Source of the DNA: an archaeon
Lineage (GTDB): Archaea; Iainarchaeota; Iainarchaeia; Iainarchaeales; JAAZKV01
Length of the DNA: 64,000 nt
Direction: 5' to 3'
NCBI GenBank assembly: GCA_041664905.1
Contig: JBAYJX010000002.1
Coordinates: 530 to 64,529, forward strand
The translations under genes were made by a program, and so were the position numbers. Each line of letters opens with the position of its first letter. Positions within the stretch are counted from its first letter, which is position 1. The notes beneath the pieces are model-generated. The model saw only the letters and a program-made list of their open reading frames with translations, searched no databases and was not told the origin of the DNA. This document shows, one piece after another, positions 28,377 to 36,687 of the stretch.

Positions 28377-28916
28377 TTATTTTTCTTTTAATGCATTTTC
28401 ATAAACTTCTTTTATTGCATTAATATTCTTTTCAACCATTGGCCCTTTGCTTCCCATTTGTTGTTGTATTGCTTCTTCTAAACCTTTAATACTTACTTCC
28501 CCTGTTAGTGCACTAAATGCACCTAAAGCAGCAATATTCACAAATGGTTTGCCAATTACTTTTAGAGATACTGCTGTAATATCAACGCATTTTATTTTTG
28601 CTTTTGTTTTAAGTCCAAGTTCACTTGGTTTTTTGTTCGAGTTAACTATTATTAGTTTGCTTACTTCTTCATTAAAACTTTTTAACAGAGTTGGATCAAG
28701 TATTATTGCATAATCTGCTTCGTAAACTAATTCTCTTAGAGTAATTTGTTTATCATCTATTCTACAATAACTCTTTACCGGAGCACCCATTCTTTCTACT
28801 CCAAAATTTGGAAAAGCTTGAGAATATTTTCCATCTTTAAATGCAGCTACTGCTAAGACTTGAGCACTAGTAACAGCCCCCTGCCCCCCTCTTCCTAAAA
28901 AAATTATTTGTTTCAA
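28377..28916 (-). CDS. porG: pyruvate:ferredoxin oxidoreductase gamma subunit
   Basis: GRGGQGAVTSAQVLA... is a typical PorG N-terminus. 179 aa. Confidence 0.9.
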   Translation of the reverse strand: MKQIIFLGRGGQGAVTSAQVLAVAAFKDGKYSQAFPNFGVERMGAPVKSYCRIDDKQITLRELVYEADYAIILDPTLLKSFNEEVSKLIIVNSNKKPSELGLKTKAKIKCVDITAVSLKVIGKPFVNIAALGAFSALTGEVSIKGLEEAIQQQMGSKGPMVEKNINAIKEVYENALKEK

Positions 28917-28976
28917 ATCAACTCACCTAATGTTTAAATCTTCAAGACTATTTTGTTAATTCTAGAGTTTAAAAAA

Positions 28977-29000
28977 CTGCCCCTTTGTACAATTGACGAA
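28977..29000. promoter_or_regulatory. perfect inverted repeat GTACAATT-N8-AATTGTAC upstream of porG
   Basis: Arms at 28977-28984 and 28993-29000, read directly. Lies between the stop of the upstream ORF (29021) and an A/T-rich TATA-like tract at 28958-28969. Operator or terminator hairpin is ambiguous. Confidence 0.35.
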
Positions 29001-29020
29001 GAAATTGTACTCGCCCAAAA

Positions 29021-29680
29021 TTAAATTTGTGCTCCTTCAAGCTCTTTTGGTAGAGCAATTATTTTTTCAAAACGTTTAGTCACATCAACTTCTTTTCCAC
29101 GAAAAATAAGCCTTATTCTTACAGCGCCCTTAGGAAAGGTAAAAGTAAACCCAATTCTTTCTAGATGTTTAATTGGCTTGCCTTGCAAGAACTCTTCCGA
29201 GCTTTTGCCAGTTAGTCTTTCAATTACCGCTTGCATATTTTCTTGATGGGTAATATTTTCAAGCACTAATTTTCTTGGAGCACTCTTTCTTTTAACTAGC
29301 CTATATGCCAGGCTTAATCTTTTTTTAATTATTTTATCGGCAGCAATTGCTGGCGGCAATACAATGTCTACAGGAACTTTACCATCAAGCCATGCACGAG
29401 TGGCAATTTCTTTACTACCATAACTTCTCACAATTTCTTCCCAATCAATTCTTTTTAGTGCAGAAGTTGTAAGTTCTGCTTTTTGTCTTGGGTTATATTT
29501 TATCCCCACAGTCTTTGCTGTTTGTGTAGCATATCTTCCAGTGTTTTGGGTTCTCTTAGCTGTTCCAAAATAAAGTTTTGTGTTTGGAACAAGCCCTCTC
29601 CCAAAACCAAATGCACGATTTATTCCCCTTCTTGTTAAACCAGTTTTTGTAGTGTCTTTGCGGTCAGCGTGTCTTCTCAA
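29021..29680 (-). CDS. arginine-rich hypothetical protein downstream of IPK
   Basis: 219 aa with an apparent TTG start. N-terminus MRRHADRKDTTKTGLTRRGINR. 23 Arg by hand count. No family recognised. Confidence 0.5.
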   Translation of the reverse strand: MRRHADRKDTTKTGLTRRGINRAFGFGRGLVPNTKLYFGTAKRTQNTGRYATQTAKTVGIKYNPRQKAELTTSALKRIDWEEIVRSYGSKEIATRAWLDGKVPVDIVLPPAIAADKIIKKRLSLAYRLVKRKSAPRKLVLENITHQENMQAVIERLTGKSSEEFLQGKPIKHLERIGFTFTFPKGAVRIRLIFRGKEVDVTKRFEKIIALPKELEGAQI

Positions 29681-29707
29681 ATTAGCCTAATCAAGTTGCC
29701 ACCACAT

Positions 29708-30508
29708 TTACAATTTTATCTTTGTATCCTTAATATTCTCGCCAAGTATAGCTTTTTTTAAATTCCCTTTAGTAAAGAGATTAAATATTTCTGCAGGGGC
29801 TCCATTTAATTGTTCTGCGAGTTGTTCTAGTTTTCCTTTCATTCCGCCTGTTACATCAACTGATTTTGACTCACCCACTTTTTCCAATATTTTTGGAACG
29901 TTTGCTCGGGTAATTTCTTCAATTAGTTCTGCTTTAGAATCAACTTTTGGGTCCGCGGTGTAAATTCCATCCACATCTGTTCCCATTAAAACTTTTTTTG
30001 GTTTAAAGTGTTTTGCAAGTTGTGCAATTACTTTGTCTCCGCTCATTACGCTCCAAACAAGTTCTTTGTCTTTAACCATTATCCCAGTACTAATAGGAAT
30101 TAATCCTTCCTTTAGTGCTTTTTCGTATGGAGCAAAGTCAAATTTAGTTATTTTTTTGTTTGTTTGTTCACACACTTCATAACCAGGAATAAGTTTTGTC
30201 TTAAGTCCTTCTTGCTCAAGGGCTTTTGCCACGCTCTCCCCAACAAAGTTACAATCCTTGTTTGTTTTTTCTACCCCTTTCTTTTGTTCTTCAGTAGTTA
30301 TCCCATTATTCAAATTGTACATTTTTACATTTGTATGACCAAATGGACCTACTCCACAAACAAGAGCCACTTTTGCTGGCTTTTTTTTAAGTGCGCTCGC
30401 AAGTTCTTTTGCGGATTGTTTTAGTATGTCTTCATTCATTTCAAACTTGTTATCCGCTTTTTGGGTTATTGAAGAACCACCAAATTTTATTACACACAAG
30501 TCATTCAC
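29708..30508 (-). CDS. ipk: isopentenyl phosphate kinase (amino-acid-kinase fold)
   Basis: VIKFGGSSIT, GVGPFGH, DVDGIYTADP, TGGMKGK motifs. GTG start with AGGTG upstream. Confidence 0.85.
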   Translation of the reverse strand: MNDLCVIKFGGSSITQKADNKFEMNEDILKQSAKELASALKKKPAKVALVCGVGPFGHTNVKMYNLNNGITTEEQKKGVEKTNKDCNFVGESVAKALEQEGLKTKLIPGYEVCEQTNKKITKFDFAPYEKALKEGLIPISTGIMVKDKELVWSVMSGDKVIAQLAKHFKPKKVLMGTDVDGIYTADPKVDSKAELIEEITRANVPKILEKVGESKSVDVTGGMKGKLEQLAEQLNGAPAEIFNLFTKGNLKKAILGENIKDTKIKL

Positions 30509-30538
30509 ACAAGCACCTAAAGAAAATTAAAAAAGAAA

Positions 30539-30931
30539 TTATTCAAGTTGAACAATTCCTTTCTCTCCATCAACTTTTACTTTTTGTCCAGTTTTAATTT
30601 GAGCAATATCTATTTTGTCTACGCAAGGAATTTCTGAAATTATTGCTCCAACTGCAACAATTGTTTCGCATTCTTTGTTTACCAAAGCTAATGGTGCAGT
30701 TCCTTGTTTTTTCATCCTGTATAATGCATAGCTTCCCACAGTTGAACCTTTTCCTTGTGGAAAAACTAGTATTTTTCCGCTAACACTTTTTCCTTCTAGT
30801 TCGTGTCCTTTTTCTGTAACTATTCCGTTTGCAGGATCAACTCCGCCAAAGAAACTTACTCCTTGTGTTGTGACAAGTGCTTCTCCGCTTGCAACCCCTG
30901 CACAAATTTTTCTTCCTTTTAGTTCAATCAT
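30539..30931 (-). CDS. aconitase-X swivel-domain subunit (DUF126): putative phosphomevalonate dehydratase small subunit
   Basis: GEALVT...SFFGGVDP..G........G.S..GKILVFP.GKGSTVGS pattern. ATGA overlap with the upstream large subunit. Confidence 0.8.
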   Translation of the reverse strand: MIELKGRKICAGVASGEALVTTQGVSFFGGVDPANGIVTEKGHELEGKSVSGKILVFPQGKGSTVGSYALYRMKKQGTAPLALVNKECETIVAVGAIISEIPCVDKIDIAQIKTGQKVKVDGEKGIVQLE

Positions 30932-32166
30932 TGTTTCACATCCTTCGAAGCTTCAGTCTGAGAAGGCTTCGCAAAATCTGAAGGATTTTGCTGAGCCTTG
31001 CATGCTTCTTCAACTAACTTTTCTATTGGCAAAATTTTTGTTTTGGATTGATTCTTGGAATATGCATAGTAGCATCCTTTTGCTGAGTCGGTTGCAAGAC
31101 ACTTGAATCTTCCTTTTATTGGTGCAACAACACAACATGTATCTGCAGCAAACTTTGCTCCAGCATCTTCAATTATTTTTGAGTAACCTGCATTATCAGC
31201 TATTTTCTTTGTTGGTCTAGCCGTAGTTATCCAAAATTCTTTTGTTACTTTTTTGCCTTTTAATAAATCTGCTAGTTTTGCAATTTCGTGTATGCTTGCG
31301 TGTGGACAACCAACACTTACAAAATCTACTTCGCAGTCCATTGTCATATCAGCTATTGCTTTGTCTAATTCTATTTGTGTTACACTAACTTCTTCAGTAG
31401 GCACAGGAGTTTTGTTTGGAGTTATTCCTTCTATGTGAAATATTGCAGCTCCGCCGTATGTTGCAATGCTTGCTGAAAATGATTTTAGTTCTTCAACACT
31501 TGCTTGGGTTATTCCAGTAATATAAGCTGGTTTTGATTTTATTTTGTCCCCAATTACTTTTCCTAATGCACCAAATTTGTCTGTTCCTTTTACTTGGGCT
31601 TCCACTTTTACTTTTATTTGTGCATTTCTATTTTGATCTAGTTGCATTCCATAAAGAGGAGTTTTCCCTGTTAGTGCTGCGGCTAGTGCACTTGGTCCAC
31701 CTTCTCTATTAGTTCTTGCACCTAAAACTGAATTAGCGTACGCAACAGCTGAACTTTCACTCCATGCAATGTGTTGATTAAAGTGTGGAGTATTTCCAAC
31801 TAAGTAAGGAGTACAAGTGCAGGTTGTAATTATTCCCATTTTTGCGAATGCCTCTATTACTTTTCTTTGTTTTATTGCAAAATCTTCTGGTATCCCTAAA
31901 ACTTTGTAATTTTCTAAATCCATTCCCGCAGGGTTTAGGGTAGTGAGAACTTTTACTTTTCCATCTTTTGCCAAGTCATCTAAAAAATCAAGACCAGCGT
32001 CTCCGAGGTTATCATAACTTACGCCCGCAATTTGTACACTTGTTACATCAACAAGTTTTTCTGCGCCGTAGATTTCTCCAAGCGCAACAAGTATCCCCAT
32101 TGATTTTTTTACGGCCTTACCTTGTTTTCCATCAAGCATTTCTTGTTCTTCTTTGTTTAGTTTCAT
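30928..32166 (-). CDS. aconitase-X catalytic subunit (DUF521): putative phosphomevalonate dehydratase large subunit
   Basis: The LNKEEQEMLDGKQG...SVQIAGVSY...CTCTPY...GCPH pattern is typical of AcnX large subunits. Sits in a mevalonate context. Confidence 0.85.
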   Translation of the reverse strand: MKLNKEEQEMLDGKQGKAVKKSMGILVALGEIYGAEKLVDVTSVQIAGVSYDNLGDAGLDFLDDLAKDGKVKVLTTLNPAGMDLENYKVLGIPEDFAIKQRKVIEAFAKMGIITTCTCTPYLVGNTPHFNQHIAWSESSAVAYANSVLGARTNREGGPSALAAALTGKTPLYGMQLDQNRNAQIKVKVEAQVKGTDKFGALGKVIGDKIKSKPAYITGITQASVEELKSFSASIATYGGAAIFHIEGITPNKTPVPTEEVSVTQIELDKAIADMTMDCEVDFVSVGCPHASIHEIAKLADLLKGKKVTKEFWITTARPTKKIADNAGYSKIIEDAGAKFAADTCCVVAPIKGRFKCLATDSAKGCYYAYSKNQSKTKILPIEKLVEEACKAQQNPSDFAKPSQTEASKDVKQ

Positions 32167-32178
32167 CAAATCACATCC

Positions 32179-33090
32179 TTATGCTGTTTTCTTAACTAAT
32201 TGTCTAAATTTAACTGCAAGCTTACCGTCCAAATAATCTAGGGCTTCGCGTTGAAATTCACGATCGGTTTTATTCAAGGGCGAATAAGCTCGAATTGTTT
32301 CTGCTAAATCTCTTGGTTTTGATTTTAATCCTTCTGCAAATAATGTTGTTACTAAATTCACAATTCCTGGTTCACCACTTTGTAATCCTGATACTAATTT
32401 GTGCTGCCACTCAACTTGATACCTAACAAATGGATGTAAGTGAGAAGGAATTTTTGAGAGATCTGAAAAAGCTGCAAGTCTCTTTGAAGATTCACCCAGG
32501 GTAACATCAACAGCTAATTTTTGTAATTGGTCTTTTTTTGTAATATCTATTTTTTCTTTTGCAATTCTTTCTTTTATATCAGCTCTTTCGCCCATAAACA
32601 TTGCTCTTCTAAATCCAATATAAGCCCCGTTTGCTTCAAAAAATTTATCTGCAAATACAACCCCGTCTCGTACAACATTTTTTCCGATTTCGTTAAGTGC
32701 TGGAAAAGAGCCGTGTTTTGCCATTGCTTCCACTATTGCTTTGGAAGCACTTTTCTTGTACCTGCTTTCAAATAATGGTTGCATGTATTTAGCGCTTCTT
32801 GTTTCATGGGACTCTTCTTTTTTTTGCCCTAAGGATTGCACCGCATCTCGGAATCTATCATGAGTCATTCCAGCTATTCGAGCTTGGGCTCTTTTTTTTC
32901 TTCCCCCACCCATTGCTTTAACATATTCTGCAGCATAGAGGGATACTCTTTGAACATGACCTAAATTATGAGCGCTGGTTAGTTCCCCTTTTTGGCCCAT
33001 TTTTCTAAAAGCTGCTCGCATGTATCTCCCAGCAACTTTCTCTCGTTGAGTCCAACTTGAAAACTTTGCACGTCTTGATTTTATTTGCAT
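32179..33090 (-). CDS. arginine-rich HD-domain phosphohydrolase-like protein
   Basis: H...HD...D pattern (HNLGHVQRVSLYAAEY ... GMTHDRFRD). The ATG at 33090 is preceded by GGTGGA. Confidence 0.55.
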   Translation of the reverse strand: MQIKSRRAKFSSWTQREKVAGRYMRAAFRKMGQKGELTSAHNLGHVQRVSLYAAEYVKAMGGGRKKRAQARIAGMTHDRFRDAVQSLGQKKEESHETRSAKYMQPLFESRYKKSASKAIVEAMAKHGSFPALNEIGKNVVRDGVVFADKFFEANGAYIGFRRAMFMGERADIKERIAKEKIDITKKDQLQKLAVDVTLGESSKRLAAFSDLSKIPSHLHPFVRYQVEWQHKLVSGLQSGEPGIVNLVTTLFAEGLKSKPRDLAETIRAYSPLNKTDREFQREALDYLDGKLAVKFRQLVKKTA

Positions 33091-33186
33091 AATTTCATCC
33101 ACCAAAATGCTTTCACAAGTTACCCGCCAAAATCTAAATTAATTAACTGTGCTTCTTTTTTCGGGTTACAATAAATAACTATAACA

Positions 33187-34284
33187 TCATCTCTTTTTTA
33201 TTATTACTCCTTTGTCTCTTTTAGCACTAAACTCTAACAAATCCCCTTCTTTAATACTCACAGTCGCATTATGCACTCCAACAATACAAGGAATTTTGTA
33301 TTCTCGTGATAAAATTGCTACATGACTGCCTGCACCACCCTCTTCAGAAACAATCCCTTTAGACTTCATGACATAAATCATTTCTTCAGGCATTAATCGA
33401 GTTACAACAACTATTGAGCCTACCGGAACTCGTGTTAAATCCTTTTTTGATTTTACAATAAATGCCTTGCCTTCAATAGTTCCAACTGATGCAGTTACTC
33501 CAGTAAGCACAGACGGAGGATTTGTTTTCTCAAACGGATCCATTTGTTTTGCAAATTGTTTTTCTGCACTCACGCCACATAATATTTCCCTTCTGCCTTT
33601 AGTGTATAAATATACCCCAAACTTTTTTCTTTGCAGGGTAGTAGATACTAGGGATTGTTTAATACTGGTTTTTGACTCAAATATTTTTAATAGTTCAGCA
33701 GGAGTTAAATAATACAACACAGATTCTGGCACTAAAAGCCTTTTGCTCAATTCCAAAAATAGTTTTTTAAGAATTATTTTTTCACACCGTATATAAGGCA
33801 TATCAGAACGTATTCTCTCAATTTGTCCTTCAAGCGCCAGTCTTACTTGTTTATCTTTAATGCTGGATAGGGCATCGGCAAAATAATATCCAAAAGAATA
33901 ATAATCCCAAAATTTTAATGATAGTTCATAAAATGCTCTATAATTAACCGCAAGCACGGCTATAGAACAATCACCAAGATTTGTTCCATTAATTTTTTCT
34001 GCTAGCAAAATAAGCTCAGCACTATTATTTTCTATTGTATCGAGAATTGATCTTACCTTAGCCGTATTGTCCACGGCCAATTCTTTTAGATAACTATCTA
34101 ACCTAACTAAATCTTTTGAGTTTCGGTAAGAAGTTGTTTTGCTATGCTCACACACTACAAGGAGATCCCTAAAAACAAACCCAATGCTATTTTGCCAAGT
34201 AGTAGTGTAAGCATTTGCAAAAAAATAAACAGATGTAAAAGTATGGTCTCTAACAAACCCTTTTACCCAGTTAATTCTTTCCAA
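33187..34284 (-). CDS. protein with a C-terminal PEP-utilizer mobile (phosphohistidine swivel) domain and an unrecognised N-terminal domain
   Basis: The C-terminus GKAFIV...GSIVVVTRLMPEEM...KGIVSEEGGAGSHVAILSREYKIPCIVG matches the swivel-domain His motif. Apparent TTG start with GGGTG upstream. Confidence 0.65.
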   Translation of the reverse strand: MERINWVKGFVRDHTFTSVYFFANAYTTTWQNSIGFVFRDLLVVCEHSKTTSYRNSKDLVRLDSYLKELAVDNTAKVRSILDTIENNSAELILLAEKINGTNLGDCSIAVLAVNYRAFYELSLKFWDYYSFGYYFADALSSIKDKQVRLALEGQIERIRSDMPYIRCEKIILKKLFLELSKRLLVPESVLYYLTPAELLKIFESKTSIKQSLVSTTLQRKKFGVYLYTKGRREILCGVSAEKQFAKQMDPFEKTNPPSVLTGVTASVGTIEGKAFIVKSKKDLTRVPVGSIVVVTRLMPEEMIYVMKSKGIVSEEGGAGSHVAILSREYKIPCIVGVHNATVSIKEGDLLEFSAKRDKGVIIKKR

Positions 34285-34311
34285 CTTGACACCCTACACA
34301 AAAATTGACTT

Positions 34312-35586
34312 TCACAAATATTTCTTTATGTCATATTTTGGAAATTCTGTTCGAGTCATTTTGGCAACTTTGTCTAGTCTCATTGTTAAATCAAATCCTG
34401 CTTTTGCTGTTTCGCGAGTAATTTGATCGGCACTTGCGTCAAGTGAAGAGCCTTTTTGCTTTTCAAAGATATATAAGTTTTTATTTGCCTGAAATCTTGT
34501 TGCCATTGCCCACTCTACTTCTAGTGGATCGTAAATGTTTATGTCTTTGTCAACAATAAAGAAGTGTTTGCCTGATGTGTGCCCTTTCATTGCGGCATCA
34601 ATTGCTGTTTTTCCATCTTCTTCTTTTTGTTTATGTATTTTTACTAAAACGTGAAACCATGAGCTTCCGCCTGGGTTAACACTTACATCTAGTACATCAA
34701 CGCCTGCTTTTTTTACTTCATCAAATACTGTTGGTTCTCTTGGCATACCCATTAGTATTTTGTGTTCAAATCCTCCAGGAAGTAATGCGTGCCATATTGC
34801 GTTTGGTCTTGCGTACATTTTTTCAACTGTGAACACTGGTTCTTGTCTTATGATATCTGATGTTCCGGTTAAATCAACAAATGGCCCTTCTGTGTGTTTT
34901 TCGTTTAGTGATAAAGTTCCTTCCATCACAAACTCTGCGTCAGCTGGAAGTATTGCATCAAATAATTTTGCTTTCATTACTTTTATTGGTTTTATAGAGT
35001 TAGCTATCTCAAGTTCGTTTACTCCTAAAGCTGGAGCCATTGCTGCTGCAACTAGTGTTTCCGCTCCGCATCCAATACAATAAGCAGCTTTCATTTCGCC
35101 ATTATTTTTCTTTAATAGTTCCATTGTATTTCTTTCAAGTATTCTAAACGCAAATTTGTTTTTTCCAATTACCATTCCTCTGTGAAAACAAACATTTTGC
35201 CCAACAGTTGCATCTTTTACAATTACTATTCCGCTTGATACGTACGCTCCACCATCTTTTTCTGTGTGTGTTAGTATCGGTAACTTTTCTAAATCAAGTT
35301 CAATTTCAACATGATCAGTTTTTGACACAATTTCAGGAATTGTTCTATTGTTTAGTGCTTTTGTCATCACGGGAACTAAGTCAGTTACTTGGCAACCCAA
35401 GTATTTTGCAACTTTGTCTTTTGATGCAAATACATTTGCAGCAACTTTGTAGTTTGATTCTTTTATTTTTTCAAAACTAATGCTCTTGTCGCCTGCAGAG
35501 TAAATTATTCCGCTTGCTTCAAGATTTTTTGAAACCGGTTTACTTATTATATAATCTGTTGTTGCTACGAATTCTCTAAAACTCAT
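34312..35586 (-). CDS. UbiD-family prFMN-dependent decarboxylase: putative anhydromevalonate phosphate decarboxylase
   Basis: UbiD-like length and architecture (425 aa). Adjacent to ubiX, mvk and AcnX genes. Function is inferred from context. Confidence 0.8.
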   Translation of the reverse strand: MSFREFVATTDYIISKPVSKNLEASGIIYSAGDKSISFEKIKESNYKVAANVFASKDKVAKYLGCQVTDLVPVMTKALNNRTIPEIVSKTDHVEIELDLEKLPILTHTEKDGGAYVSSGIVIVKDATVGQNVCFHRGMVIGKNKFAFRILERNTMELLKKNNGEMKAAYCIGCGAETLVAAAMAPALGVNELEIANSIKPIKVMKAKLFDAILPADAEFVMEGTLSLNEKHTEGPFVDLTGTSDIIRQEPVFTVEKMYARPNAIWHALLPGGFEHKILMGMPREPTVFDEVKKAGVDVLDVSVNPGGSSWFHVLVKIHKQKEEDGKTAIDAAMKGHTSGKHFFIVDKDINIYDPLEVEWAMATRFQANKNLYIFEKQKGSSLDASADQITRETAKAGFDLTMRLDKVAKMTRTEFPKYDIKKYL

Positions 35587-35606
35587 CAAACCACCCTTAA
35601 AAATAA

Positions 35607-36092
35607 TTATTTAGCTCGCTTGGATTGACCTTCAATATCAATTTCAAGTAAATCCTCTACTGTTTTATTCTTCAATACAAATTGCTCTCGTTGGTATTTA
35701 GACATTTTTGGTCCATGTTCACCCCACCGTAAGAGCTGTGAATAAAGTAATGGATTTTTTCTAAAAGAATGAAGTTTTAATTCAGACACTAACATTTTTG
35801 CTAATTTAGGTCTACCTGAAACTTCCGAAATTATACTTAGATTAATTGCATGGCTTTTACGATTAGCATCTCTAGCTATGCCTTTACCCAAATATAATCC
35901 AACTGCCGCCCCGAGAACAGGATGTTCTTTATGTAGTGTTCCCAATACAGTTGCTACCATAGGAGTATCTTTTTCAACACCTTTCAAAAGAGCCGTTACC
36001 ATGTTTCGTTTTCTTACAGTTTTCACATACTTTTTGGGAGTAACCAGTCCTTCCGCTTGCCTTACCCGATTGTTTCTTAGTCCGATTCGCAT
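35607..36092 (-). CDS. arginine/lysine-rich hypothetical protein between ubiX and the UbiD-like gene
   Basis: The ATG at 36092 (MRIGLRNNRVRQAEG...) is preceded by GGTGAT, which removes the apparent overlap with ubiX. No family recognised. Confidence 0.5.
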   Translation of the reverse strand: MRIGLRNNRVRQAEGLVTPKKYVKTVRKRNMVTALLKGVEKDTPMVATVLGTLHKEHPVLGAAVGLYLGKGIARDANRKSHAINLSIISEVSGRPKLAKMLVSELKLHSFRKNPLLYSQLLRWGEHGPKMSKYQREQFVLKNKTVEDLLEIDIEGQSKRAK

Positions 36093-36114
36093 CCAAATCA
36101 CCCATAAAAAGCAA

Positions 36115-36672
36115 CTATTTTGCTTTCCACCTATTAAATTTAGTATTCCCAACTTCTAATAAATCCATTGCCTTCCCCACAATAAAATCTTCTAAATCGC
36201 TAATCTTTTTTGGTTTGTGATAAAATGCTGGACTTAGTGGAAATATTATTGCTCCGTGTATTGATAATTTTAATAAATTTTCAAGCGCTGGCCCACTTAT
36301 AGGGGTTTCTCTAAATCCAATAATTAGAGGCTTTTTCATTTTGAGCATATTGTCAGCACATCTTGCAATTAGAGTTGCTGTGTGTGCGTGAACTATTTCT
36401 GAAGTTGTTTTAACTGAGGCCGGAATAATTATCATCCCATCGACTAAAAATGAACTTGAAGAAATGCTTGCGTCAAGTGCTGAGTTTGAATATGTTTTTG
36501 TTGCAAGTTTCTTTATTTTTGAAATATCAATATCAAGTTCTTCTTTTGCAACTTCTTTTGCCCAATCACTTAATATCAAATGGGTTTCTACTTCCTTAGA
36601 TTTGAGTTCTTTTAGTAAAGCAACTGCGTAATTTGCGCCAGATGCTCCTGTGATTGCAACAATTATTTTCAT
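36115..36672 (-). CDS. ubiX: flavin prenyltransferase UbiX
   Basis: KIIVAITGASGANYAVALLKEL, MIIIPASVKT... in 185 aa. Confidence 0.9.
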   Translation of the reverse strand: MKIIVAITGASGANYAVALLKELKSKEVETHLILSDWAKEVAKEELDIDISKIKKLATKTYSNSALDASISSSSFLVDGMIIIPASVKTTSEIVHAHTATLIARCADNMLKMKKPLIIGFRETPISGPALENLLKLSIHGAIIFPLSPAFYHKPKKISDLEDFIVGKAMDLLEVGNTKFNRWKAK

Positions 36673-36687
36673 CCATTCACCAAAAAA

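Noticed and set aside
35607-36672. 38-nt overlap of track ORFs 35607-36152 and 36115-36672 as a sign of a frameshift or pseudogene
   Set aside because: An internal ATG at 36092, preceded by GGTGAT, gives a non-overlapping gene. The upstream extension (MGILNLIGGKQNSCFLWVIW) looks like read-through of non-coding sequence.
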